A stretch of DNA of 64,000 bases from assembly GCF_964213995.1 (NCBI RefSeq), contig NW_027590185.1, forward strand, positions 1-64,000, read 5' to 3'. The position numbers and the translations under genes were made by a program. Origin of the DNA: Mustelus asterias. Lineage: Eukaryota. The notes under the pieces were generated by a model. That model was not told the origin of the DNA, searched no databases, and saw only the letters and a list, made by a program, of their open reading frames with translations. Positions 49,331-60,749 of the stretch are shown piece after piece (within the stretch, counting starts at the first letter, position 1; each line of letters starts with the position of its first letter).

Positions 49331-49431
49331 TCCACGTCAGATCAGCCATGATCTTATTGAATGGCGGGGCAGGCTCGAGGGGCTAGATGGCCTACTCCTG
49401 CTCCTATTTCTTATGTTCTTATGTTCTTATA

Positions 49432-52400
49432 TGTAAGAATTTTGATTTGTTTGAACTAAGATTTATGGGTTCACTTGTTTCCAACAACCTCCCTAATCAT
49501 AACTCACCCAGGTTCCAGTGACTTAACCATATGGCAAGAAAGAACACTTTAAATGGTGAATTCAGAAAGTTTATTCACCATTAAAAATGTAACAAGTCAG
49601 AAAGATAAAAAAGCAAAGTATCGATCAACAGTAAAGGAGAAAGCTTAATTTTAACTTCTCTCCATCCCTCTCAGACCAGGACATGAAGTGGTGGCACTGA
49701 AAACACGGATAACTTGTAAAATCAACAGCTCCCAACACCTCTCTGTAGGACACAGTGGTTCGCACTGCTGCCTCACAGCGCCAGAGACCCGGGTTTGACT
49801 TCCGTCTTGGGTCACTGTCTGTGCAGAGTCGGCATATTCTCCCCCTGTCTGTGTGGGTTTTCTCCCAAAGTCCAAAGGACTTGCTGGTTAGGTACATTGA
49901 GCATTCTCCCTCAGTTTACCCGAACAGGCGCCAGTGTGTGGTGACTGGGGTATTTTCAGAGTAACTTCATTGCAGTGTGAATGTGTGACACTAATAACTA
50001 AACTTAAAAACACCTTGAACTTTTAAAACCTTTTGCCAAATTGGTTTTTAGAATCCCCTTTTTTATACTTTCAAAATGTAGAAAGCCCAGCTCAGCCAAT
50101 TGTTGGGAATTAGCCAATTGGTCTATAACTTGTCAACAATGAAATTGGTTTGGTTTTTGGCTAATTGCACATATTGTCTTAATTTTAAGACAATTCTTTC
50201 TCTCAAACGATATCTCTTAGCTTGGGGTAGCCTGAGTGTCGACCAAGAATTGGTTAACATCAGTCATTCAATGTTGAGACATCTTGAACAGGAGCCAATT
50301 CATTCCCTCCAGTCAATGTTAACAATGTTTTCAAGTTTATTTATTACTGTCACAAGTAGGCTGACATTAACACTGCAATGAAGTTACTGGGAAAATTCCC
50401 CTAGTCACAACACTCCGGCATCTGTTCAGGTACATTGAGGGAGAATTTAGCATGGCCAATCCACCTAACCCGCATGTCTTTTGGACTGTGGGAACAAAAA
50501 AGAGCACCGGAGGAAACCCACACAGACACAGGGAGAACGTGCAGACTCCGCACAGTCACGCAAGCCGGGAATCGAACCCAGGTCCCTGGCACTGTGAGGC
50601 AGCAGTGCTAATCACTGTGGCACCGTGCCACGCTAACAAGTCTTGTTATCTGTTTTGTTTTAGTCTGTTGTCCTCAGAAGGGAACATCGTATAATCCCCA
50701 CAACATTTTTACCATTCTTAATGTTTATAATTCTAAAAGTTATAAACTTTTGTATTCAAATTTACATTTCCAGCCTTTCTAACATATGCAGCAATGAATC
50801 ATTTATTATTTAATTGTTTCACAATTCAGGCTGTCCATTTAACTAATCTCCTGCTTTACAATTGTGGGAACTTCAGTCCAAAAATAAGGTAGTCAAATGT
50901 GTTGTCAAAAACAGAATGTTCTTTATATAAATAAATAACAAAGTTTAAAAATCATTGGCAAACAAAAGGAAACAGGAGCATTGGAACCAGCCTGGACTTG
51001 CAGACTGAAACCCCGCCCAAAGCCCGCACGAGCTCAGAAGGGAGAAAGGTTGAGAAGAACACTCCATAACACTTCTCCTCCCCTTAAATTTCAATCCCCC
51101 ATCAGGACAGAAATACAACAAAGTAATGTCTTTAACAATACGGAAGTCTGTCAGGAGCTTTGTGGTTTCATTGCGACCTGTACAATACCACTGGTAAATC
51201 TTGTAATGGTGTTTCTGGAATGGGAGATGAAGAGGGAGTTTGAGAATCTGTACATGAACATTCCTCTTCCACTCCCACAGCAGAGTCAACTGGCAAAGCT
51301 GGAACCATTTCCTGGTGAACATCCACAGCAGCATGACCCTCTGCCATGTTCTCAGTAATGGTTGCTGACTCTGAAACTGTTCCTGACTCGGGGTCACACC
51401 GCAAGTGAATCTGGTCTTCGTGGCTATGCTTAAAATTTCCACATTTAACTGGTTCCCATAAATCCTCAATTATAAAGCAAAATAGACAGAAGTTTCCAGG
51501 CGATTTAAAAACAAACAAACTGTCTGCTGAAAGGGTTAACTTTTCTACAGAACCTAAAGGGGTGGGGAGTGAGCAGAAAAAAACTTGGCACACAATTACA
51601 TCACTTTACACAAGTTAAAAAATCTTCTCTAACAACAAAACAATCTGAATTTTAAACTTCATCGATTATTCTTTTTGTTTTCTTCCTCAACCGAATAATT
51701 TTAATTTGATCAGTTTTTGTTTGAGATGGGTAACTTCTGTTCTTTATAAACTGATTCACTCGTTTTGTTAGTTCTACATGAGAATCAGAACCCAGCCTTT
51801 ATCATCCTTATCCTTTTTCTCCTTTTGCCACCACTCCCTCTGTTTTGCGGGAGGGTCGTGGGGATTCCAGTCAGAACTAATCATTTTATCACAAAAGTAA
51901 AATACTGCGGATACTGGAAACTGAAACAAAAACAAAAAATGCTGGAAAATCTCAGCAGGTCTGACAGCATCTGTGGAGAGAGAATAGAGCCAATGTTTCG
52001 AGTCTGGGTGACCCTTCATAAGAGCGCTTCTGAATTGTAATCCAGACTCGAAACATTGGCTCTATTCTCTTATCATTTTAATCGATATGTTTCTTGTTCT
52101 TAGTTTCCAAATGGCAGGTAAGAGACCTGTCCAGTCCCCACTTGAGCTCTGATTTTTCACTGGCCATGCTTGGGTAGGATTATAACCATTAGAATCTACT
52201 CTCAGAGGTCCGCTTTTCAGTCCATTGCTACTTGAAGTATACCGTCACTTCACCAACTATCAGGTCACAAATATATGATAAAATAATTTAAATAATGCCT
52301 GAAAACGCTTTGAACCAACTACCTATCATCGTTAGTTGATTGGTCAGACCCCCTTTTTACAGATTCAAGTATCTCAGCCACTGAACACCAGCCAGTCCTG

Positions 52401-52473
52401 GAATAAGTTTAATTCTCACTCATTCTGAGTAAATATTCTTACCAGGTCCTCTGTTGGGGCCCTGCTAAGCAGC
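49432..52473 (-). mobile_element. Composite LTR-element relic (copy 3) with nested SINEs (about 49745-50005 +, 50335-50632 -)
   Basis: Colinear with 21322-24341; PBS remnant at 52460-52473. Confidence 0.55.
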
Positions 52474-53406
52474 TTTAATGGTCTGTGATTGCAGAAACTG
52501 AGCAGTCACAGGAATGTGGTCAAGATAGTCCAGTCCCATAATGCCTCACATTCAATCTGCAGTCCTTCAATGATAACAGAATATGTGGCTCTATGTAGCT
52601 GCCTCGGCCACGATCAGCGCCAACACTGCCCTCTTCAACTGCCACAATGCCGGAGGTGTAAGTACACCCACAGTGCTGTTAGGGAGGGATTTCCAGCTAC
52701 ACATTCCAGACATTCACTGGACTGTAGGTGGATACCAGATTGATATATTCCATTCACCCACACCCAAGGTGAGTTATTCCAATTTCTTTATTGTCCAGGA
52801 CAATATATTCACAATATCTTTAAAACAGAAATTAAACATTCCTATTTAATTTCAGGTATTAACATATTCTGTTAGTTTGTTCTTTGTTGTCAATGTCAGG
52901 CTGGGGTTGTTCCCCTTGGAGCAAAGGAGGTTGAGGGGAGATTTGATAGAGGTGGACAAGATTCTGACAGGTTTAGATAAGGTGGACAAAGAAAAGCTGT
53001 TCCCATTAGCTGATGGGACAAGGACGAAGGGGGTGCAGATTTTGGTTCAGATATGTGGGATGGGGGGTGGAGGGGCGGGGAGGGGGGCGATGTGAGGAAG
53101 AATATTTTGATGCAGCGAATGGTAATGACCTGGAACTCGCTGCCTACGAGGGTGAAAGAAGTGGAGACAATAAACAATTACAAAGGAAATTGGATGAGCA
53201 TTTGGGCGGGCTTTCAAACAGAAATACTGACTAAATATCTCTGAACTACCGAGCACCAGCCACTGGAGGCAAAATCGTGAGACCGGCCAGTCCAGCAGAA
53301 AGAAACCCTCTGACCCTCCCCATTGACCAACTGTGAGAATGAACAAAATGCAGTCCTGGATGTAATTGAGAGCAGAAACAATAACAGCAGAATCCAACCC
53401 CTGGAA

Positions 53407-54165
53407 TCACTCGTGAATTTGCTGGTGTCTCAGCAGCTGGGATGAAACTCTGAATCCCTTCCCACACAGAGAGCAGGTGAATGGTCTCTCCCCAGTGTGA
53501 ACTCGCTGGTGTGTCCGCAGGCTGGATGAGTTAGTGAATCCCTTCTCACACTTCGGGCAGGTGAATGGCCTCTCTCCGGTGTGAACTCGCTGGTGTGTCT
53601 GCAGACTGGATGAGGCAGTAAATCCCTTCCCACACTGAGAGCAGGTGAATGGTCTCTCCCCAGTGTGAACTCGCTGGTGTGTCTGCAGGCTGGAAGACTT
53701 GGTGAATCCTTTCTCACACTGAGGGCAGGTGAACAGCCTCTCTCCGGTATGAACTCGCTGGTGTTTCTGCAGGGTGGATAATTGAGTGAATCCCTTCCCA
53801 CACACAGTGCAGGTGAACGGCCTCTCCCCAGTGTGAACTCGCTGGTGTGTCCGCAGGGTGGATAACTGACTGAATTTCTTCCCACACACGCAGCAGGTGA
53901 ATGGCTTCTTCCCAGTGTGAACTCACTGGTGTTTCTGCAGGCTGGATGACTGAGTGAATCCCTTCCCACACACAGAGCAGGTGAATGGCCTCTCCCCAGT
54001 GTGAACTAGTTGGTGTGTCCGCAGTTCAGATGACTGAGTGAATCCCTTTCCACACACAGAGCAGCTGAACGGCCTCTCCCCAGTGTGACTGCGTCGATGA
54101 ATTTCCAGCCGAGATAGGCACATGTATCCCTTCCCACAGTCCCCACATTTCCACGGTTTCCCCAT
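53407..54165 (-). pseudogene. C2H2 ZNF gene 7, 9 fingers, single nonsense codon in finger 3
   Basis: HQ-TGA-VH at 53923-53925, frame otherwise intact; paralog of gene 4. Confidence 0.85.
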
Positions 54166-54213
54166 GGTTCGGGTCCTTGTGACTCTGTAGTTTAAACAAT
54201 CAGTTAAATCTCA

Positions 54214-54321
<108 letters not shown>

Positions 54322-54869
54322 TCAGGTGTGTGTGTGTCTCGGTGCTTTTCCAGTCACACAGATACTTAAAATCTTCAGAAGCTGACAGAACAGAGAAACA
54401 TTTCCCCTTCTAGATTCAAAGGTCAGTGATATTGAGGTCCCGATGAATTGAGTGATTCTGTCAGATGTTGATGTGACGTTTGGTTTGAGATTTCTGTCTG
54501 TAAATTCTCACCTTCTGATATGCTGTAAAAGGAATTTACAAAAGTCATCAGTGTCAGTACAGGATAGAAATTCCGAACAGACAAATCAAGTTCCTAAGGA
54601 ACATTCTTTTCTCCCTCATTCCCCAAAAGCTGTGAATCTCCATCCCACACACTCTCCCTCCATTCTCACTCTGCTGTATCTAATATTCACCCTCCCAATT
54701 CTCCTGAAGGTGCTGATTGAGGCTGATTGACAGATCCATGCTCACTGCTTCCTGTCCTGGACACATAGAGCTGGAAATCTCCATGCAGGCTGCCAGACAG
54801 ATATATGTATATATGACTGGACCAAAAATGTATGGATTATATAGACTGGACTCACTTCCTTTCCCTTCA

Positions 54870-56398
54870 GTGACTAAGGACGGACAAGTCACCAGGACCC
54901 AATGAACTGCGTGTCAGCTTTTTAATGGAGGTTGCTGAAGAGATAGTGGAGAATTTTGTTGAAATTTTTTGTAACTTGCTAGATTCCGGGAGAGTATCAG
55001 AAGATTGGCAATCAACCAATGTGACGACCTTGGTCAAAAAGGGAGAAAGGCAGAAGGCAGAGAACTATAGGCCAGTTAATTTAACATCTATTATTGGCAA
55101 GATGCTGGAGTCAATAATCAAAGAGCAAATAGCTAATCATTTAGGAAAGCTGAATATAATCAAACCTCGTCAACATGGTTCTAAGAAAGATAAATTATTT
55201 TTGACAAATTTGCTTGAATTGTTTGAGGATATAAGAAGGAGGGTAGATCGCGAGAAATCTGTAGTTTATTTAGATATGGTGCCATGGCAGCACAGTGGTT
55301 AGCACTGCTGCCTCACAGTGCCAGGGACCCGGGTTCAATCCTGGCCTTGGGTGACAGTCTGTGTGGAGTATGCGCATTCTCTCCATGTCTGTGTGGATTT
55401 TTGAGTTCTCCAGGTTCTTCCCACAGTCCAAAGATGTGCGGGTTAGACTGATTGGCCGTGCTAAATTGCCCCTTTGTGTCCCAATAGATGTAGATTAGGT
55501 GGATTAGTGGGGTAAAAATGTAGGGCTACAGGGATAGGGCCGGGAAAGATAAGTCGAGAGTTGGGGAAGATGCAATAAAGTCACCCCTCTGTCTGCTAAA
55601 CCTGGCAAATGGAGTTTAAAGTGGGGAAGTGTGAGGTCATGTATTTCAGTAGGAGGAATCAACAGGGAGATTATCTAAATGGAGAGAGGCTGCCGGTGAG
55701 TGAAGTACAGAGGGATCTTGGTGTTCTTGTGCATGAATCACAAAAAGCGAGCAGGCAGGTCCCACACGAGTTAAGGAGGAAAATGGCATTTTGGCTTTTA
55801 TTGCAAAGGGGTTGGAGTTTAAAAACAGGGAGGTTTTGTTGCAACTGTACAGTGTGTTGGTGATGCCTCACCTGGGATAATGCATACAGTTTTGATCCCT
55901 TTACCTAAACAAGGATATAGTAATATTGGACATAGTCCAAAGGAAATTCACCAGGCTAATTCCTGGGATAGGAGGGTTGTCCTATCAAGAGGGAGTAAAT
56001 TGTCAAGGTCTGTGTTCCTTGAAGTTTTGAAGACAAGGGAGTTATTGAAACATTTCAGATCCTGAGGGGGCTTGACAGGGTAGATGGTGAGATATTGTCA
56101 CGAGTGGGAGAGTCTCAAACAAAATAAAGGGTCAGTCATTTAAAACTGAGGTGTGCAGGAATTTCTTCTCATGGAGGATGATGAAGCTCTGGAATTCCCC
56201 GCCCCAAAGGGTGGTGGAGGCTGGATCGTTAGAAGTATTTAAAGTGGAGGGGGATACATATTTGATAGATCGGGGACTACAGGGCTATGGGGAAATGGCA
56301 CAGTAAAGGAGTTGAAACCGGCATCAGTCAGCTATGATCGGATTGAATGGCGGGACAGGCTTCAAGGGCCTGGTGGCCGCTCCTGTTTCTATTTCTCG
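54870..56398 (+). mobile_element. Decayed CR1 with a nested SINE (about 55277-55550) in gene 7 intron 1
   Basis: Paralogous to 26711-27976; interrupts the shared motif cttcctttcccttcag|ttgctgcaag. Confidence 0.85.
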
Positions 56399-56479
56399 TG
56401 ATCAGTTGCTGCAAGTCAACAATTTCCCCCAGAATGAGAAACAAAATGGAAAGGGTGAGAAAAGAAAGTGTTTTACTCA

Positions 56480-57040
56480 CAGATGTTGAAGACAGATGGA
56501 AGTTTGAGCCTGTCTGAAGCTCAATCTTCATTCAGAGAAAGAGCAGCAGCAGCTTCGCTGGGCAGGAATGAGCAGTTGAACAAGCTCATTGTCCAACTTC
56601 CGCATTCAGACAATGTGGGAGCTCTGATTGGCTGGAGGATCAGAGGCCTTCCGGTCCTCCAGAGTTCCCATTGGTCAATCCCCCGCAGACAGACAATGAG
56701 GGGCGGAGCCCCACGTGGGGATGGGCGGGCCTGTGCCCTCCAGCCGCGCTGAGCTGTTGTCCAATTGGAAAGGCTGGAAGACCCAGACAGACAATGGTCA
56801 GTGCGCCGGCTTTGTCCCGGGCCCCGCCCCACACCCGCACATGCGCATTCCCCCAAAACCCGCACATGCGCACTTCTGATTCACTTCCGCTCACCAGCTC
56901 TGGCCAATGGGAAGACTTGGAGGACCGGAAAGACCGTGGTCCTCCAGCCAATCAGAGCGCGGGCTTTGTGTGCATGAAGATTGAGCTTCAGACAGACTCA
57001 AACTTCCTTCAGTCTCAACCTAAAAGAGGCCAACATCTGT
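56480..57040. promoter_or_regulatory. Mirror-image bidirectional promoter and first exons of gene 7 (-) and gene 8 (+)
   Basis: Inverted homologous arms, each ending acatct|gtgagt; paired CCAAT boxes, two gcacatgcgca, GC boxes. Confidence 0.75.
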
Positions 57041-57169
57041 GAGTAAAACACTTTCTTTTCTCATTCTGGGGGTAATTGGAGAATTGCAACAACTGAAGGA
57101 AAAGGAAGTGAATCCAGGGAGAGTGCAGACTCAGGAAAGGTTGGCCCAGGTCTCTCTCTCTTAAAGAAA

Positions 57170-57655
57170 TTTAAGAGAAACAGAAGATCGGAGCAGGAGG
57201 AAGCCATTTGGCCCTTCGAGCCTGCTCTGCCATTCATTAAGATCATGGATGATCAAGCAACTCAATCGTCTAATCCTGCTTTCTCCCCATAACCTTTGAT
57301 CCCATTTGCCCCAAGTGCTATATCTAGATGCTTTTGAATACATTCAATGTTTTGGCATCAATTACTTCCTGTGGTCATGAATTTCAGAGACTCACCACTC
57401 TTTGGGTGAAGAAATGTCTCCTCACCTCTGTCCTAAATGGTCTACCCTGAATCCTCAGACTGTGACCCTTGGTTCTGGACTCCCCCCACCATCAGAAACA
57501 TCCTCCCTGCATCTATCCTGTCTCGACCTGTTAGAATTTTATAAGTCTCTATGAGATCCCCCCTCATTCATCTGAACTCCAGCGAAAACAATCCTAACCG
57601 AGTCAGTCTCTCCTCATACATCAGTCCCGCCATTCCCTGAATCAGCCTGGTAAAC
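57170..57655 (-). mobile_element. CR1 3' fragment in gene 8 intron 1
   Basis: CR1 tail and RT end; absent from the paralogous intron at about 30070. Confidence 0.8.
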
Positions 57656-58738
57656 ATCCTTTGCTCCCTCAGCTTGACACATTTATTTGTCTGTCTAAAA
57701 GGATGGTCTTTTTTCTAATGTTCACAATTAAAGGGCAGCTTGCCCCAGGAGATGGCTGACATTTACGTTAATATAGGACAGAGATATGTCTAGTGTTGTT
57801 ATAAGGTACCCAGATTAGATATATTATTTATGTTTCTGTAATAAAATACTTTTATTATTATTTCTTGCATTGTAATATAATGCTGTAGCGATGTTATACA
57901 TTTCCAGTCATAAAGCCCATTACAGCACAGAAGGAATCCATTCGGTAACTCGAGTCCATGCTGACTCTCTGTATAACATTCCAGTCCCATTCCCACTCTC
58001 TATCCCCATTCTCCTGAAAGTTTATTTCCTTCAAGTGCCCATCCACTTTCATTTTTAAATAGAATCCATAGATATGGATGGAGATTTACAACTTTCTGGG
58101 AATGAAATCGGAAAGAATGTTCCATAGAAACTAGAATTGTCTGCTCTGAATTTCTATCCTATACTGACTGTGATGACTTTTGTAAACTCATTTCACAGGA
58201 TTTTGAATGAGGAATCACAGGCAAAAATCTCAACCGTCAAATCTAGAAAGAGTCATATTCCTTGGGATCTGAATATCTTGTAATATGGAACTGTTGCTAC
58301 GTTATATATTTCCAGACATCTCTTCCCTCAGAGGGTTGTGAGTCTTTTGGATTTCTCTTCCACAGGAACCAGTTGAGGATGAGGATCATTGAATATATTC
58401 CAGTTAGACAGATTTTTGACTGACAAGGGTGTCAAGGGTTATGGGGAACAGACAAGAGGATGGAGCAAAAGCTAATATGTGGGGGGATTTCTTCACTCAA
58501 GGATGTGGTAAAGCTTTGGAATTCTCAACCCCTGAGGACAGTGAAACCTCAGTCATCAACTATTTTCAAGAGAGAGATTGATTGGTTTCTAGATATTGAA
58601 GATATCAAGGGATATGGGTTTAGTGTGGGGACAATAATGCTGAGGGAGATGAACAAATTATCTCATTGAATAGGTTAAAAGGCTCGATGGGCCAAATGGC
58701 CGACTGCAACTCCTATTTGTTATGGTCTCTGTGTCCAG

Positions 58739-58804
58739 GACAGGAAGCAGTGAGCATGGATCTGTCAATCAGCATCAATCAGCACCTTCAGGAGAATTGG
58801 GAGG
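58739..58804 (+). other. Predicted 66-nt micro-exon conserved across the ZNF paralogs (also about 19001-19066, 26536-26601, 29092-29156, 31373-31438, 40320-40385, 54691-54756)
   Basis: tgtccag|GACAGG...GGGAGG|gtgaat; next acceptor ttttacag|gatatt at 58972/58973. Confidence 0.6.
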
Positions 58805-59323
58805 GTGAATATTAGATACAGCAGAGTGAGAATGGAGGGAGAGTGTGTGGGATGGAGATTCACAGCTTTTGGGGAATGAGAGAGGAAAGAAGGTTCTATA
58901 GAAACTAGAATTGTCTGTTCTGAATTTCTATCCTGTACTGACACTGATGACTTTTGTGAACTCGTTTTACAGGATATTGAAAGAGGAATCACAGGCCAAA
59001 ATCTCAAACGTCACGTCTCGATCTGACAGAGTCATATTCCATGGGAGCTGAATATCATCGGCCTTTGAATCTAGAAGGAGAAATGATTGTCCAGTCTGTT
59101 GATTTGAAAAGATTTCAAACATCAGTGTGACTGCAAAAGCACCAACACTCTGCCACACTCGAGTGAGAGTGTTCCAGTGCACTGACTAAAGAGCTTTAAC
59201 CAGTTACACAGCCTGAATAAATATCACACCATTCACAGCGGGGAGAGACGGTACCCGTGTTCTGTGTGTGGACGAGGCTTCAACTGATTGTCCACCCAAG
59301 AGAGAGGCAAGGACACCTGCACC

Positions 59324-60502
59324 ATGGAGAAACCATGGAAATGTGGGGACTGTGGGAAGAGATACAGAGCCCCATCTCTGCTGGAAGCTCATCGGCGCAG
59401 CCACACTGGGGAGAGGCCGTTCACCTGCTCTCAGTGTGGGGAGGGATTCACTCTGTCATCCAGCCTGCAGTCACACCAGCGAGTTCACACTGGGGAGAGA
59501 CCGTTCACCTGCTCTCAGTGTGGGAAGGGATTCACTCGGTCATCCAGCCTGCAGTCACACCAGCGAGTTCACACTGGAGAGAGGCCATTCACCTGCTCTC
59601 AGTGTGGGAAGGGATTCACTCAGTTATCCCACCTGCGGATACACCAGCGAGTTCACACTGGGGAGAGGCCATTCACTTGCTCTCAATGTGGGAAGGGATT
59701 CACTCAGTCATCCCAGCTGCAGAGACACCAGCGAGTTCACACTGGGGAGAGGCCGTTCACCTGCTCTCAGTGTGGGAAGGGATTCACTCGGTCAATCAAC
59801 CTGCTGACTCACCAGCGAGTTCACACTGGGGAGAGGCCATTAATCTGCTCACAGTGTGGGAAGGGATTCACTCAGTTATCCAGCCTGCAGACACACCAGC
59901 GAGTTCACACTGGGGAGAGGCCATTAATCTGCTCGCAGTGTGGGAAGGGATTCACGCAGTTATCCAGCCTGCAGACACACCAGCGAGTTCACACTGGGGA
60001 GAGGCCATTAATCTGCTCGCAGTGTGGGAAGGGATTCACGCAGTCATCCCACTTGCAGACACACCAGCGAATTCACACTGGGGAGAGGCCATTCACCTGC
60101 TCTCAATGTGGGAAGGGATTCATTGAGTTATCCAGCCTGCAGAAACACCAGCGAGTTCACACTGGGGAGAGGCCATTCACCTGCTCTCAGTGTGGGAAGG
60201 GATTCACTCAGTCATCCAGTCTGCGGACACACCAGCGAGTTCACACTGGGGAGAGGCCGTTCACCTGCTCTCAGTGTGGGAAGGGATTCACTCAGTTATC
60301 CAGCCTGCGGACACACCAGCGAGTTCACATTGGGGAGAGGCCATTAATCTGCTCGCAGTGTGGGAAGGGATTCACGCAGTCATCCCACTTGCAGACACAC
60401 CAGCGAATTCACACTGGGGAGAGGCCATTCACCTGCTCTCAATGTGGGAAGGGATTCACAGTTTCATCCCAGCTGCTGAGACATCAACAAGTTCACGAGT
60501 GA
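59324..60502 (+). CDS. C2H2 ZNF gene 8, 392 aa, 14 fingers
   Basis: accATGG at MEKPWKC; 14 x 28-aa units, highly homogeneous. Confidence 0.92.
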   Translation: MEKPWKCGDCGKRYRAPSLLEAHRRSHTGERPFTCSQCGEGFTLSSSLQSHQRVHTGERPFTCSQCGKGFTRSSSLQSHQRVHTGERPFTCSQCGKGFTQLSHLRIHQRVHTGERPFTCSQCGKGFTQSSQLQRHQRVHTGERPFTCSQCGKGFTRSINLLTHQRVHTGERPLICSQCGKGFTQLSSLQTHQRVHTGERPLICSQCGKGFTQLSSLQTHQRVHTGERPLICSQCGKGFTQSSHLQTHQRIHTGERPFTCSQCGKGFIELSSLQKHQRVHTGERPFTCSQCGKGFTQSSSLRTHQRVHTGERPFTCSQCGKGFTQLSSLRTHQRVHIGERPLICSQCGKGFTQSSHLQTHQRIHTGERPFTCSQCGKGFTVSSQLLRHQQVHE

Positions 60503-60749
60503 TTCCCAGGGGTAGGATTCTGCTGTTATTGTTTCTGCTCTCAATTACACCCAGGGCTGCATTTTGTTCATTCTCACAGTTGGTCAATGGGAAGGGTCAG
60601 AGGGTTTCTTTGTGCTGGACTGGCTGGTCTCTGCCTCCAGTGGGCTGATGCTCTTTGAGTCTTTTTGTGAATACCTGGTTTCAAATGTCACAAGGATCAC
60701 AGAGTGACAGGGTGTTAGGAAGTTTAGAGATATTTAGTCAGAAGAAAAC

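Larger units (their letters stand above)
44217..49428 (+). mobile_element. Full-length, potentially active CR1 LINE insertion including the 5' tandem array
   Basis: Two intact ORFs, (ttcttatg)n tail, atatgt duplicated at 44211-44216 and 49429-49434, empty site in the paralog. Confidence 0.93.

Noticed and set aside
59285-59287. Conserved TGA as selenocysteine
   Set aside because: It is TAA in genes 1 and 2, the upstream frame has other lesions, and no SECIS was recognised.
59257-60648. Long alternative-frame ORFs over the ZNF genes (TPASSHWGE.., TSEFTLGR..)
   Set aside because: By-products of the 84-bp finger repeat having few stops in shifted frames; no independent support.
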